From Nemertoderma westbladi (Eukaryota; Animalia; Xenacoelomorpha): DNA of 64,000 nucleotides. The notes below the pieces were generated by a model, which saw only the letters and a program-made list of their open reading frames with translations, had not been told where the DNA came from and did no database searches. Positions 1 through 16,644 of this stretch are shown here, piece by piece. Where the stretch lies: positions 39,662-103,661 of the forward strand of contig JAUCBJ010009042.1 of the NCBI GenBank assembly GCA_032718475.1, read 5' to 3'. The first letter of the stretch is position 1, and every line of letters begins with the position of its first letter. Position numbers and translations under genes: made by a program.

Positions 1-1517
1 ACTGCGGGAGCGCTAAAGTCTTAACTTATTACTTTTAGATAGTCTTTGAAAGTACTCTATACAAAGTCCTAACCCGATAACTGTGTATTGTCATGGAAAC
101 GTAATGGTTTCTTACCTGGACATCCATACAATGTATTTCAATTTATTGCACAGGCGACATATTATTATGTAGTGAGTGATTGCCGTGAAATGGAAAACCT
201 AGATATATTGACAATCGTTATTTCAAAATTCATCCGGTCTATTTGTTGAGATACCCCAAATTGAGGTTCTAAATTTGTGAAAATATTAGTGAAACAATTT
301 TATGGTTAAAGAGAAAACTCTATTTGTTTTTATGTAGAGTAATGCGTAATTTTATTCCACAAAGTTGCCTTTTCTTTTATAGCAGGTAAATTGCAATAAT
401 TAATGCATTATAGGCGTACCTAAACGTGCGCTATTTTTATGAAAATTAATAACTTGTTACATTATGTCAACTTCTCGATGTGGTGATATCCTCGTAACGC
501 AGCTAAGTAATAATCACTAACTTAGTAACAATAAACTTATATAACAAATATTGATAGTATTTCCCATTACTGATAACCATTGATTTTAGGCGAAGTGTAA
601 GTTTAGTTGATGTACCAACTGCAATTAATTGCATAAAAAGGATATGAATTTCATGAATATTCCTAAACATTACAATATTAACGCTACTAATTAAGCATTC
701 AGAACGCCCTTAAATTTACATAATTTAACAAAATGGCACCATTTTGTTAAAAGGGCACTGTCAACGTTTATGAATGAATGACCCTTATATATTTATGGAA
801 ACATCCCTCGCCACCCCCGCTCGGTGCATAAATACTGCTTATGTGAAACCTTTCACACAATCATGTAAAATAGTTATAATTTCACTTTTATCAATTTACA
901 ATATTTGCAGGAAAAAATAATACAATTCAATCATTATTAGTGTAACATCAGTTATAAATCGGTAAAATATGAAAGTTCCTTTACATAAATCATTACGTCG
1001 GTATTTCTGACTTTTATTGTCTGCTATATTTAAATTTTTTTTACCTATTATAAATAATTGTTTTTACTTTCTCTCGTGTTATTTTAATTTTCGTTGGTTA
1101 GTCAATCACACTTATATTCAATTTGTACTAAGTGCTAAATGATTGTAAGGCCGAAAATACCCTAATACGCTAACTCGCCGAATGTTGATTGCAAATACCC
1201 GGCTCCGTTTCGCAAATAACCAATTTCACATTGAACACTTAAAAATAAAACCGTTTGCATAAACTCCGGGAGCGCTAAAGTCCTAACTTATACTTTCTTT
1301 TGAAAGTACTTTATACAAAGTCCTAACCCAATAATTTGGTATTGGCATGGAAACCTAATGGTTTCTTACCTGGACATTGACAACTAGTCTAATGAAACAT
1401 AGGCAAACCGAAATTTATTCCCAGACTGAAACGAATAAGAATGGTGAAATGGAAAACTTACACATAGATAGACAATCGTTATTAGAATATTTCCTCGTTT
1501 CGTCTATTGTTGAGATA

Positions 1518-3261
<1,744 letters not shown>

Positions 3262-3948
3262 TATAATAAAATACATAAAACACAAATTCAAACTGTGGCA
3301 AATTTAATTTGGGTTGTAAATTGGTGAAATTAGTTAGTGAAACAATAAATATAATATGCGTCAGATTAATAATTAACAATTGTTAAAATTCAAAACAATT
3401 AAAATTCACTATAATGATAGTGTTGCGATATATGGCGTTGTGTACTAGAACAACCCATTATACAGTATAGAGTAATTTAGATAAGCCATATTGATGTACA
3501 GCCGTAATTAGATAAGGAAATAAGCAATTTTGGATTAAATTCATCAAAGTTATGAGGCAGGTTTTCAGTAACACGGATTTTGGGTAACAATCACTTTATT
3601 TAACACTTCTGAAATATTAGTAAGATAAAGTTATATTAAAATTATCTTATAATTGATTACTGAATGGTTTACTGAAATAAAAATTAGATATTAGATAAAT
3701 TAGATATAATCAAAACATGTTCCGTTCTGATGGAACTTTTTTTTAGATGTTCAACAAATTTATTTAACCATTTAAACTTCGGGATCCCGTTTCAAAAAAG
3801 TCGGAATCGGGATTCGATATTTCGCTGGGATCCCGGTTTTTCGGTTTTTTTTTTAAACATTAGTGCATTGATGAAGCCAGATTGTTTAAATATAAAATCG
3901 GATTTAAATAAAAAAATCTGATTTAAATAAGAAAAAAGTGATTTAAAT

Positions 3949-4330
3949 GGGTGACTACAAAACAAAGACCAAAGACCTAAATAATAAAGACCTACGTAAT
4001 CTTGAAACATGTGTTAACTTTCGTTTATTGTTTTGGTTCTCCCAACAAGCCTCTGTAACATGCTCCTTTACTAACCTGTTCCATTAAATGGCAATGTAAC
4101 CTAACGCTCTTTGACACCTGTACAAAACAAAGAGGTAAAGTCGCGTTACGTCCTAAAGGGGATTAGGTCCCATTGCCATATAGCGTTAGGTCCCATTGCC
4201 ATTTACAGGAGCAGGTTAGTAAAGGAGCAGGTTATAGAGGCGTGTTTGGGGAACCAAAACAAAAAACGAAAGTTAACACATGTGTTTCATACAGGTCTTT
4301 GTTATTTGGGTCTTTGCTTTTTAGTCACCC
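3949..4330. mobile_element. Foldback MITE, Mutator/MULE-like
   Basis: About 160-bp imperfect TIRs (gggtgacta...tagtcaccc). The 9-mer GATTTAAAT lies on both sides (3940-48, 4331-39), although this 9-mer is also repeated locally. Confidence 0.65.
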
Positions 4331-4429
4331 GATTTAAATGAAAAAAAATCTGATTTAAATCAAATAAATCTGATTTAAACAAAAAAAAATCTGATTTTTT
4401 TTATTTAAAAAAAAATTTGCTATATCATC

Positions 4430-5520
4430 CGCTTCTTCAAGGCCAGTGTCCTTTAAGATGCGTCTCAAGAAAGTCATGGTCTGTCCACCATGCTTATTCA
4501 GTCCATGACACTGCCAAAGTAAAGTTTATGCACTGGCTGGTCCTCACGGTGAAAGCAATGTCCTGCAAAGCGGAGGCAATTTTGTTCTAGTATCAAGCCT
4601 GGGGGAACCAATGAGACACCTCCAATGTTATATAGTGTCTGGTTGGAGATGTGTGCATTGTACTTGACACAATGTACCCGGCGTAGCATTCTTGTGAATG
4701 TGCCATCCAGAGATTTGGTGTCCTCAGCAGTTAGAGCCCAACATGGACTCCCATAGAGAGGTGCTGGAACTACTGCTGCTCTAAATAATCGGACCTTAAG
4801 TTTCCGATTAATTCTCGGTGACTTCCACATCCTGCAAAGCATATTCAAGGCTGCCCAATGCTTTCCCTTACGTATTCGAAGGACCTCATCTGACTTCTGG
4901 ATCCATGATCCCAGGTAACAGAAGTCGTCCACATGCTCAAGCATACCATCCTTTGAGCTTATGCTCATCCGATCAGAGACTTGCTGAGGACTTTCAAAGT
5001 TAACTGTCAAAAGTTTGGTCTTTCTGGAGTTAATAAAAAGACCAACACTAGAAGCAGCATGTTCTAATGAGCTGAGGAGCCGTTGGGCTCCCTCTAGTGA
5101 TTCTGAGAGTACTCCTAAGTCATCAGCAAAGTCTAGATCAGTTAGGTACTTGGCAGGATTTCCTCGACTTCTGGAGCCAGTAGGTGGACTTATCAACACC
5201 CAATCATCATTATGATGATCTAAGGACGTGCGTAGAACATAGTCAACCACAATTATGAACAAGAATGGTGCAAGTGTGTCTCCCTGGAGGACGTCCCATT
5301 ACACTTCAAATGGTTCTCTGTCACCGTCAACAGTAGAGACAAATGTTGTCGAACCATCATCGTATACTGATCTGATTGCTGCAATAATTTCATCAGGAAT
5401 CCCATATAATGAAACTATGCTGAACATACCTGAGAGAGAGACTGAATCAAAGGCCTTGAAGAAGTCAACAAAGATAACAGCCAGATGCCTATCTTTCTTT
5501 TTTGATAACTCTTCAATTAT
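4430..5520 (-). pseudogene. 5'-truncated, frameshifted non-LTR retrotransposon (RTE-like LINE) reverse transcriptase fragment
   Basis: ORF 4498-5262 has LTDLDFADDL, GLFINSRKTK, FCYLGS and LRFAGHCFHREDQP. The upstream minus frame encodes FVDFFKAFDS and QGDTLAPFLF motifs. Confidence 0.88.
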
Positions 5521-5659
5521 CCTTCGGGTATCCTATGGGCTCCATGGTCCCACGAATGCCGAATTGGCCGAATGCCAAAATAAGGATCACGAGACGAATT
5601 ACAGAAATGATGAAATGTTTGATCCTGTTTAAACACTTAGTTAGTAGGCATACAACATG

Positions 5660-5925
5660 AATAAACCATGCAGTTAGGTGTATAATAATACTGTTCGGGT
5701 TTGCAGTTAGCACAACATTAATTAGACCATGCAGTTAGGTGTATAATAATACTGTTCGGGTTTGCAGTTAGATCAACCTTAAATAGACCATGCAGTTAGG
5801 TGTATAATAATACTGATCGGGTTTGCAGTTAGCACAACATTAATTAGACCTTGCAGTTAGGTGTATAGTAATACTGTTCAGGTTTGCAGTTAGCACAACA
5901 TTAATAGACAATGCAGTTAGGGCTA
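5660..5925. repeat. About 59-bp tandem repeat, 4-5 copies
   Basis: Unit accatgcagttaggtgtataataatactgttcgggtttgcagttagcacaacattaattag. Confidence 0.85.
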
Positions 5926-6076
5926 TGGTATATGTGTAGTCTTTACCACCCTTGTACTCTAGCGACCTTCCAGAGAATTTGTTAGTTAGGTGTATAGTTG
6001 ATTTGCATGCGTCTGGAACAGTTAGCACTTTGGACGAAAAAGAGCACGTTAGCGTTTCGAGTGGTTTGCCGGTATA

Positions 6077-7755
6077 GGTGAATGTAACCTGTACGTACCT
6101 ACACAGCCGTGTTTATTGGGTGGTATCTTGGTGAATGTAACCTGTACGTACCAACACAGCCGTGTTTATTGGGTGGTATCTTGGTGAATGTAACCTGTAC
6201 GTACCTACACAGCCGTGTTTATTGGGTGGTATCTTGGTGAATGTAACCTGTACGTACCAACACAGCCGTGTTTATTGGGTGGTATCTTGGTGAATGTAAC
6301 CTGTACCTACACATCCGTGTTTATTGGGTGGTATCTTGGTGAATGTAACCTGTACGTACCTACACAGCCGTGTTTATTGGGTGGTATCTTGGTGAATGTA
6401 ACCTGTACGTACCTACACAGCCGTGTTTATTGGGTGGTATCTTGGTGAATGTAACCTGTACGTACCTACACAGCCGTGTTTATTGGGTGGTATCTTGGTG
6501 AATGTAACCTGTACGTACCAACACAGCCGTGTTTATTGGGTGGTATCTTGGTGAATGTAACCTGTACGTACCTACACAGCCGTGTTTATTGGGTGGTATC
6601 TTGGTGAATGTAACCTGTACGTACCAACACAGCCGTGTTTATTGGGTGGTATCTTGGTGAATGTAACCTGTACGTACCTATACAGCCGTGTTTATTGGGT
6701 GGTATCTTGGTGAATGTAACCTGTACGTACCTATACAGCCGTGTTTATTGGGTGGTATCTTGGTGAATGTAACCTGTACCAACACAGCCGTGTTTATTGG
6801 GAGGTATCTTGGTGAATGTAACCTGTACGTACCTATACAGCCGTGTTTATTGGGTGGTATCTTGGTGAATGTAACCTGTACCAACACAGCCGTGTTTATT
6901 GGGTGGTATCTTGGTGAATGTAACCTGTACGTACCTACACAGCCGTGTTTATTGGGTGTTATCTTGGTGAATGTAACATGTACGTACCTACACAGCCGTG
7001 TTTATTGGGTGGTATCTTGGTGAATGTAACCGGTACGTACCTACACAGCCGTGTTTATTGGGTGGTATCTTGGTGAATGTAACCTGTACGTACACAGCCG
7101 TGTTTATTGGGTGGTATCTTGGTGAATGTAACCTGTACGTACCTACACAGCCGTGTTTATTGGGTGGTATCTTGGTGAATGTAACCTGTACGTACCTACA
7201 CAGCGGTGTTTATTGGGTGGTATCTTGGTGAATGTAACCTGTACCTACACAGCCGTGTTTATTGGGTGGTATCTTGGTGAATGTAACCGGTACGTACCTA
7301 CACAGCCGTGTTTATTGGGTGGTATCTTGGTGAATGTAACCTGTACGTACACAGCCGTGTTTATTGGGTGGTATCTTGGTGAATGTAACCTGTACGTACC
7401 TACACAGCCGTGTTTATTGGGTGGTATCTTGGTGAATGTAACCTGTACGTACCTACACAGCGGTGTTTATTGGGTGGTATCTTGGTGAATGTAACCTGTA
7501 CCTACACAGCCGTGTTTATTGGGTGGTATCTTGGTGAATGTAACCTGTACGTACCTACACAGCCGTGTTTATTGGGTGGTATCTTGGTGAATGTAACCTG
7601 TACCTACACAGCCGTGTTTATTGGGTGGTATCTTGGTGAATGTAACCTGTACGTACCTACACAGCCGTGTTTATTGGGTGGTATCTTGGTGAATGTAACC
7701 TGTACGTACCTACACAGCCGTGTTTATTGGGTGGTATCTTGTACGTACACAGCCT
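6077..7755. repeat. 53-bp satellite array 1 (49-bp variants interspersed)
   Basis: Unit ggtgaatgtaacctgtacgtacctacacagccgtgtttattgggtggtatctt, repeated head to tail with no unique spacers. Confidence 0.97.
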
Positions 7756-9014
7756 GAATTTATTAAATTATACATTATTATTTAATAATTATTAATTAAT
7801 TATTAATTATTAACATTAACATTATTAATTAAATTATATATTATGCTAAATGAATTTAAATAATAAGTTAATTAATAAGTGAAGCCTTCTTATAGTAAGT
7901 CTAGCTCCGTTGTAATTATATACGGGATTATAATAAATAAATTACCTTTCTTGTAAACTTCCCCGATCCCGAAACACTTTAATATATTTGATTGCGAACG
8001 GCCATTAATTATGGAAATGCGTCGTCTCTATAATAAAGCAGATATTTTTATATGAATAAACATTTAATTATTAATAAACTAAACTATAAATAAATAAAAA
8101 CATTAAAACAGAACGAGTGATAATAATGATAATGAAAGAATAGGCCTAATCAACTCAACTTAAATAATTATTCACTGAATGGTGGAGACAGAGTTAAGAT
8201 ATTGTCTGCGGCGGCGCTCTATTACAAAGTTAAAGTAAAAAAATGTCTGGAACGAATGACCTCTGTCTTTTAAGTGAAACCGCGTACACCAATCCAATAA
8301 TAAGACGGTCAATATATAATTCAACAAGCAAAGGCAATGTATGCAGAGTCGAGCTCAATAACATGTCCTTGTGTGTTGATTAGGCCTGGCGTGGTGTGTG
8401 GGTGGCCCAGGCCTGGGTTGGTTAGTTTCCATGGAAATATGTTCTAGAATATTAAATGATTTGCCTTGAGTGAACCAAACCAACCACCTACACAATGCTG
8501 ACGCACAGCACATTGTATCCCAGCCGTCCAGCCCAGCCCGGCTGGCGCCTCGTACAATACAATGCAAGCAGCTCAGCTCAATATTGCCTGTAAATTCTCT
8601 TGTAAATATTTCCCCCATTAATAAATAATTACACTTGAAATGCACTATAGAGGGGTGGGGAGGTGTTAGCGATGTCGCCCGGTGATTCTGAGCGTTTTTG
8701 GTGATCATTTCCTTAAAATATATTTTTTATGCTCTATCTCGTGGTGTCGGTTAGAACGCGCGAAAATGAAAATCGATGGTCATTTTTGGAAAAAATCGGA
8801 AGTTATTTCAGTAAATTGCGGCTAATTTTGGTAAGGGCTTTTGTGTTGGCAATTTATTATTTAATACAATTGAATATTTGGCTGACTTGAAGTTCATTAA
8901 CCCAGACAATTAAATTAAAATGACAAATTATTTCGGTAAATTGCGGCTAATTTTAGTAAGGGCTTTTGGAATGGCAATTAAATTGAAATGAAAGGTGTTC
9001 TTAGGATAATTTGA

Positions 9015-9212
9015 ATTAATAACGAGTGCCCTACATAACGGCGCAGTGCACTTAATAACGAGTGCACTACATAACGGCGCAGTGCACTTAATAACGAGTG
9101 CACTATATACCGGTGCAGTGCACTTTATAACGGCGCAGTGCACTTCATAAAGGTGTAGTGCACTTCATAAAGGTGGTAGTAGTGCACTTCATAACGATGC
9201 AGTGCACTTAAT
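9015..9212. repeat. Short tandem repeat built on the GTGCAC palindrome
   Basis: Units such as taataacgagtgcactacataacggcgcagtgcact. Confidence 0.75.
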
Positions 9213-10802
9213 GTTATATGCTGTATGTTATATGTTATGCTATATGCCATGATATGCTATATACTATAGTACATGATATGCTATATGCTATGCTATATAC
9301 TATGCTATATGCTATTCTATATGCTATGCTATATGCTATGCTATAGGCTATGCTATATGCTATGCTATATTTTATGCTCTCTGCTATATGCTATATGTTC
9401 TATGTTATGCTATATGCTATGCTATACGCTATATGTCATATGCTATATGTTATATGTTATGCTATATGCCATATTATGCTATATACTATAGTACATGCTA
9501 TGCTATATACTATATACTATATGCTACGCTATGCTATATATTATGCTATATGCTATATGCTGTTATATGCTATGCTATATGCTATGCTATATGCTACATG
9601 TTATATGCTATATGTTATGCTATGTGCCATGTTATGCTATATGCTATGCTATGCTATATGTCATATGATATATGTTATATGTTATGCTATATGCCATATT
9701 ATGCTATATGCTATAGTACATGCTATGTTATATGCTATAGTACATGCTTTGCTATATGCTATAGTACATGCTATGCTATATACTATGCTATATGCTATGT
9801 GTTATATGCTACATGTTATATGTTATGATATATGCCATGTTATGCTATATGCTATAGTACATGCTATGCTATATGGAAATGTTATATGCTATGCTATATG
9901 CCATGTTATATGTTATATGCTATATGTTATATGTTATGCTATGCTATATGCTATGCTATATGCTATGCTATATGATATGCTATATGCTATGCTATATGCT
10001 ATGCTATATGATATGCTATATGCTATGCTATATGCTATGGTATATGCTATGTTATATGCTATATGTTATATGTTATGTTATATGCTATGCTATATGCTAT
10101 GCTATATGCTATGCTATATGATATGCTATGCTATATGATATGCTATATGCTATGCTATATGCTATGCTATATGATATGCGATATGCTATGCTATATGCTA
10201 TGGTATATGCTATGTTATATGCTATATGTTATATGTTATGCTATATGCTATGCTATATGATATGCTATATGCTATATGCTATGCTATATGATATGCTATA
10301 TGCTATGCTATATGCTATGTTATATGCTATGCTATGCTATATGCTATGCTGTATGCTATGCTATATGCTATGTTATATGCTATGCTATATGATATATGCT
10401 ATATGCTATGCTATATGTCATAAGCTATATGTTATATGTTATGCTATATGCCATGTTATGCTATATGCTATATGCCATGTTATGCTATATGCTATATGCT
10501 ATATGTTATATGTTGTGCTATATGCCATGTTATGCTATAGGCTATAGTACATGCTATGCTATATGCTATATGCTATATGCTACATACTATATGCTATATG
10601 CTATATGCTATATGCTATATACTATATGCTATATGCTATATGCTATATGCTATGCTACATGTCATATGCTATATGTTATATGTTGTGCTATAGGCCATGT
10701 TATGCTATATGCTATATGCTATGCTATATGCTATATGTCATAAGCTATGCTTTATGCATATCATATGCTATATGCTATATGCTATATACTATGCTATATG
10801 CT
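9213..10802. repeat. Degenerate (TATGC)/(TATATGC)n simple-sequence tract
   Basis: About 1.6 kb of tatgc/tatatgc/tatgt units. The ORFs here are low-complexity artefacts. Confidence 0.95.
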
Positions 10803-10809
10803 TTCATAT

Positions 10810-10950
10810 GTAACTTTCAAATTGACATTTTGACATGTCATTTTGCCAAAATGACATTTTCAAATTGACATTTTGACATGTCATTTTGCCAAAATGTCAC
10901 TTTCAAATTGACAGTTTGACATGTCATTTCGCCAAAATGTTAATGTGTCA
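10810..10950. repeat. About 44-bp tandem repeat x3 with palindromic TGACATGTCA core
   Basis: tttcaaattgacattttgacatgtcattttgccaaaatg repeated three times. Confidence 0.8.
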
Positions 10951-10952
10951 AT

Positions 10953-12780
10953 ATTGGGTGGTATCTTGGTGAATGTAACCTGTACGTACCTACACAGCCG
11001 TGTTTATTGGGTGGTATCTTGGTGAATGTAACCTGTACGTACCTACACAGCCGTGTTTATTGGGTGGTATCTTGGTGAATGTAACCTGTACGTACCTATA
11101 CAGCCGTGTTTATTGGGTGGTATCTTGGTGAATGTAACCTGTACGTACCTACACAGCCGTGTTTATTGGGTGGTATCTTGGTGAATGTAACCTGTACCTA
11201 CACAGCCGTGTTTATTGAGTGGTATCTTGGTGAATGTAACCGGTACGTACCTACACAGCCGTGTTTATTGGGTGGTATCTTGGTGAATGTAACCTGTACG
11301 TACACAGCCGTGTTTATTGGGTGGTATCTTGGTGAATGTAACCTGTCGTACCTACACAGCCGTGTTTATTGGGTGGTATCTTGGTGAATGTAACCTGTAC
11401 CTACACAGCCGTGTTTATTGAGTGGTATCTTGGTGAATGTAACCGGTACGTACCTACACAGCCGTGTTTATTGGGTGGTATCTTGGTGAATGTAACCTGT
11501 ACGTACACAGCCGTGTTTATTGGGTGGTATCTTGGTGAATGTAACCTGTCGTACCTACACAGCCGTGTTTATTGGGTGGTATCTTGGTGAATGTAACCTG
11601 TACGTACCTACACAGCCGTGTTTATTGGGTGGTATCTTGGTGAATGTAACCTGTACGTACCTACACAGCCGTGTTTATTGGGTGGTATCTTGGTGAATGT
11701 AACCTGTACGTACCAACACAGCCGTGTCTATTGGGTGGTATCTTGGTGAATGTAACCTGTACGTACCTACACAGCCGTGTTTATTGGGTGGTATCTTGGT
11801 GAATGTAACCTGTCGTACCAACACAGCCGTGTTTATTGGGTGGTATCTTGGTGAATGTAACCTGTACGTACCAACACAGCCGTGTTTATTGGGTGGTATC
11901 TTGGTGAATGTAACCTGTTCGTACCTACACAGCCGTGTTTATTGGGTGGTATCTTGGTGAATGTAACCTGTACGTACCTATACAGCCGTGTTTATTGGGT
12001 GGTATCTTGGTGAATGTAACCTGTACGTACCTACACAGCCGTGTTTATTGGGTGTTATCTTGGTGAATGTAACCTGTACGTACCTACACAGCCGTGTTTA
12101 TTGGGTGGTATCTTGGTGAATGTAACCTGTACCTACACAGCCGTGTTTATTGAGTGGTATCTTGGTGAATGTAACCGGTACGTACCTACACAGCCGTGTT
12201 TATTGGGTGGTATCTTGGTGAATGTAACCTGTACGTACACAGCCGTGTTTATTGGGTGGTATCTTGGTGAATGTAACCTGTCGTACCTACACAGCCGTGT
12301 TTATTGGGTGGTATCTTGGTGAATGTAACCTGTACCTACACAGCCGTGTTTATTGAGTGGTATCTTGGTGAATGTAACCGGTACGTACCTACACAGCCGT
12401 GTTTATTGGGTGGTATCTTGGTGAATGTAACCTGTACGTACACAGCCGTGTTTATTGGGTGGTATCTTGGTGAATGTAACCTGTCGTACCTACACAGCCG
12501 TGTTTATTGGGTGGTATCTTGGTGAATGTAACCTGTACCTACACAGCCGTGTTTATTGGGTGGTATCTTGGTGAATGTAACCTGTACGTACCTACACAGC
12601 CGTGTTTATTGGGTGGTATCTTGGTGAATGTAACCTGTACCTACACAGCCGTGTTTATTGGGTGGTATCTTGGTGAATGTAACCTGTACGTACCTACACA
12701 GCCGTGTTTATTGGGTGGTATCTTGGTGAATGTAACCTGTACGTACCTACACAGCCGTGTTTATTGGGTGGTATCTTGGT
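10953..12780. repeat. 53-bp satellite array 2
   Basis: Same unit as array 1, with recurring variant combinations (gagtgg / ccggtacg / ctgtcgt) indicating higher-order amplification. Confidence 0.97.
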
Positions 12781-15512
12781 GTGTTGGCAAATATACCAAA
12801 GGGCTAACTTTGCAAGCTCTTTTTCCGCTATTGTGCTAACTTTTCCAAAGTGCTAACTCAAAGTGCTAACTCGTGGTCCTTGCAATCTGAAACTTTGTCA
12901 AAACGTTTTTTAGACCATTTCCCACAAGTTAGCGTTTTACCACTTTTGCAGTCCAGTGTGTCATGTGTATAAAAAACTTGGCCCCCCTTAGCGGCATTAT
13001 GGGAATTGGTACTTTTCAAACACACTTAAACACTCAAGAGTATGGAATGGCCATAATGCTAACTTACAAACACACTTCTTACACTTACATTCCATTTGTA
13101 CCAACTACCAAGTGCTAAATGATTATAAGACCGCAAATACCCTAATACGCTAACTCGCTGAATGTTAATTGCGAATACCCCTCCGTTTTGCGAATAGCCA
13201 ATTGCACACGTAATTACCTAATAATAAAAGCGTTTGCACAAACTGCGGGAGCGCTAAAGTCTTAACTTATTACTTTTAGATAGTCTTTGAAAGTACTCTA
13301 TACAAAGTCCTAACCCGATAACTGTGTATTGTCATGGAAACGTAATGGTTTCTTACCTGGACATCCATACAATGTATTTCAATTTATTGCACAGGCGACA
13401 TATTATTATGTAGTGAGTGATTGCCGTGAAATGGAAATACCTAGATATATTGACAATCGTTATTTCAAAATTCATCCGGTCTAATTGTTGAGATACCCCA
13501 AATTGAGGTTCTAAATTTGTGAAAATATTAGTGAAACAATTTTATGGTTAAAGAGAAAACTCTATTTGTTTTTATATAGAGTAATGCGTAATTTTATTCC
13601 ACAAAGTTGCCTTTTCTTTTATAGCAGGTAAATTGCAATAATTAATGCATTATAGGCGTACCTAAACGTGCGCTATTTTTATGAAAATTAATAACTTGTT
13701 ACATTATGTCAACTTCTCGATGTGGTGATATCCTCGTAACGCAGCTAAGTAATAATCACTAACTTAGTAACAATGAACTTATATAACAAATATTGATATT
13801 TATTACCCATTACTGATAACCATTGATTTTAGGCGAAGTGTAAGTTTAGTTGATGTACCAACTGCAATTAATTGCATAAAAAGTATATGAATTTCATGAA
13901 TATTCCTAAACATTACAATATTAACGCTAATAATTAAGCATTCAGAACGCCCTTAAATTGACATAATTTAACAAAATGGCACCATTTTGTTAAAAGGGCA
14001 CTGTCAACGTTTATGAATGAATGACCCTTGTATATTTATGGAAACATCCCTCGCCACCCTCGCTCGGTACATAAATACTGCTTATGTGAAACCTTTCACA
14101 CAATCATGTAAAATAGTTATAATTTCACTTTTATCAATTTACAATATTTGCAGGAAAAAATAATACAATTCAATCATTATTCGTGTAACATCAGTTATAA
14201 ATCGGTAAAATATGAAAGTTCCTTTACATAAATCATTACGTCGGTATTTCTGACTTTTATTGTCTGCTATATTTTAATTTTTTTTACCTATTATAAATAA
14301 TTGTTTTTACTTTCTCTCGTGTTTTTTTAATTTTCGTTGGTTAGTTAATCACACTTATATTCAATTTGTACTAAGTGCTAAATGATTGTAAGACCGAAAA
14401 TACCCTAATACGCTAACTCGCCGAATGTTGATTGCAAATACCCGGCTCCGTTTCGCAAATAACCAATTTCACATTGAACACTTAAAAATAAAACCGTTTG
14501 CATAAACTCCGGGAGCGCTAAAGTCCTAACTTATACTTTCTTTTGAAAGTACTTTATACAAAGTCCTAACCCAATAATTTGGTATTGGCATGGAAACCTA
14601 ATGGTTTCTTACCTGGACATTGACAACTAGTCTAATGAAACATAGGCAAACCGAAATTTATTCCCAGACTGAAACGAATAAGAATGGTGAAATGGAAAAC
14701 TTACACATAGATAGAATATCGTTATTAGAATATTTCCTCGTTTCGTCTATTGTTGAGATATAATAAAATACATAAAACACAAATTCAAACTGTGGCAAAT
14801 TTAATTTGGGTTGTAAATTGGTGAAATTAGTTAGTGAAACAATAAATATAATATGCGTCAGATTAATAATTAACAATTGTTAAAATTCAAAACAATTAAA
14901 ATTCACTATAATGATAGGCTGCTCAGAGCTCAGAGCTCAGGCTGCTCAGATACATTGTGCATTATACTTGTTGTTGCGATATATGGCGTTGTGTACTAGA
15001 ACAACCCATTATACAGTATAGAGTAATTTAGATAAGCCATATTGATGTACAGCCGTAATTAAATAAGGAAATAAGCAATTTTGGATTAAATTCATCAAAG
15101 TTAATAGTATATGAGGCAGGTTTTCAGTAACACTCACTTTATTTTACACTTCTGAAATATTAGTAAGATAAAGTTATATTAAAATTATCTTATAATTGAT
15201 TACTGAATGGTTTACTGAAATAAAAATTAGATATAATCAAAACATTTTCCGTTCTGATGGAACTTTTTTTTAGATGTTCAACAAATTTATTTAACCATTT
15301 AAACTTCGGGATCCCGTTTCAAAAAAGTCGGAATCGGGATTCGATATTTCGCTGGGATCCCGGTTTTTCGGTTTTTTTTTTAAACATTAGTGCATTGATG
15401 AAGCCAGATTGTTTAAATATAAAATCGGATTTAAATAAAAAAATCTGATTTAAATAAGAAAAAAGTGATTTAAATGGGTGACTACAAAACAAAGACCAAA
15501 GACCTAAATAAT
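12781..15512. repeat. Copy B of the AT-rich repeat block
   Basis: 13242-15510 matches 1-1517 plus 3262-3985. Confidence 0.9.
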
Positions 15513-15515
15513 TAT

Positions 15516-16404
15516 TATTGGGTGGTATCTTGGTGAATGTAACCTGTACGTACACAGCCGTGTTTATTGGGTGGTATCTTGGTGAATGTAACCTGTACGT
15601 ACCAACACAGCCGTGTTTATTGGGTGGTATCTTGGTGAATGTAACCTGTCGTACCAACACAGCCGTGTTTATTGGGTGGTATCTTGGTGAATGTAACCTG
15701 TACGTACCTACACAGCCGTGTTTATTGGGTGGTATCTTGGTGAATGTAACCTGTACGTACCAACACAGCCGTGTTTATTGGGTGGTATCTTGGTGAATGT
15801 AACCTGTACGTACCTACACAGCCGTGTTTATTGGGTGGTATCTTGGTGAATGTAACCTGTACGTACCTACACAGCCGTATTTATTGGGTGGTATCTTGGT
15901 GAATGTAACCTGTACGTACCTACACAGCCGTGTTTATTGGGTGGTATCTTGGTGAATGTAACCTGTACCTACACAGCCGTGTTTATTGGGTGGTATCTTG
16001 GTGAATGTAACCTGTACCTACACAGCCGTGTTTATTGGGTGGTATCTTGGTGAATGTAACCTGTACGTACCTACACAGCCGTGTTTATTGGGTGGTATCT
16101 TGGTGAATGTAACCTGTACGTACCAACACAGCCGTGTTTATTGGGTGGTATCTTGGTGAATGTAACCTGTACGTACCTACACAGCCGTGTTTATTGGGTG
16201 GTATCTTGGTGAATGTTACGTGTACGTACCTTACCTACACAGGCGTGTTTATTGGGTGGTATCTTGGTGAATGTAACCTGTACCTACACAGCCGTGTTTA
16301 TTGGGTGGTATCTTGGTGAATGTAACCTGTACGTACCTACATAGCCGTGTTTATTGGGTGGTATCTTGGTGAATGTAACCTGTACCTACACAGCCGTGTT
16401 TATT
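15516..16404. repeat. 53-bp satellite array 3, ending in (AGAT)n
   Basis: Same unit. It begins abruptly inside the MITE left TIR of copy B. Confidence 0.97.
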
Positions 16405-16644
16405 AGATAGATAGATAGATAGATTTATTTATACATTATGTAAAAACAATAACAAATACACCAAACAATGTACCGGCATAACTGTCCAACAAATAAATTG
16501 TCCAACATAACATATAGGATTACCCCTAAAGCTTTGCAGCTTATTTCCAAGGGGGTCCTTTATGTTACTTGGTTACAAATACAATATTACACTACGCTAA
16601 CCTAAAACCAATATAAAACGTAATTAAACTATGTACATGTACAT

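Noticed and set aside
9273-10868. ORFs in the (TATGC)n tract, and the TDRQ/SVCL ORFs at 2370-2565
   Set aside because: Translations of simple-sequence repeats.
6077-16404. 53-bp arrays as CRISPR, or as coding repeats (MFIGWYLGECNL... ORFs)
   Set aside because: Units are head to tail with no unique spacers and no cas genes. The 53/49-bp periods shift frame, so this is a satellite.
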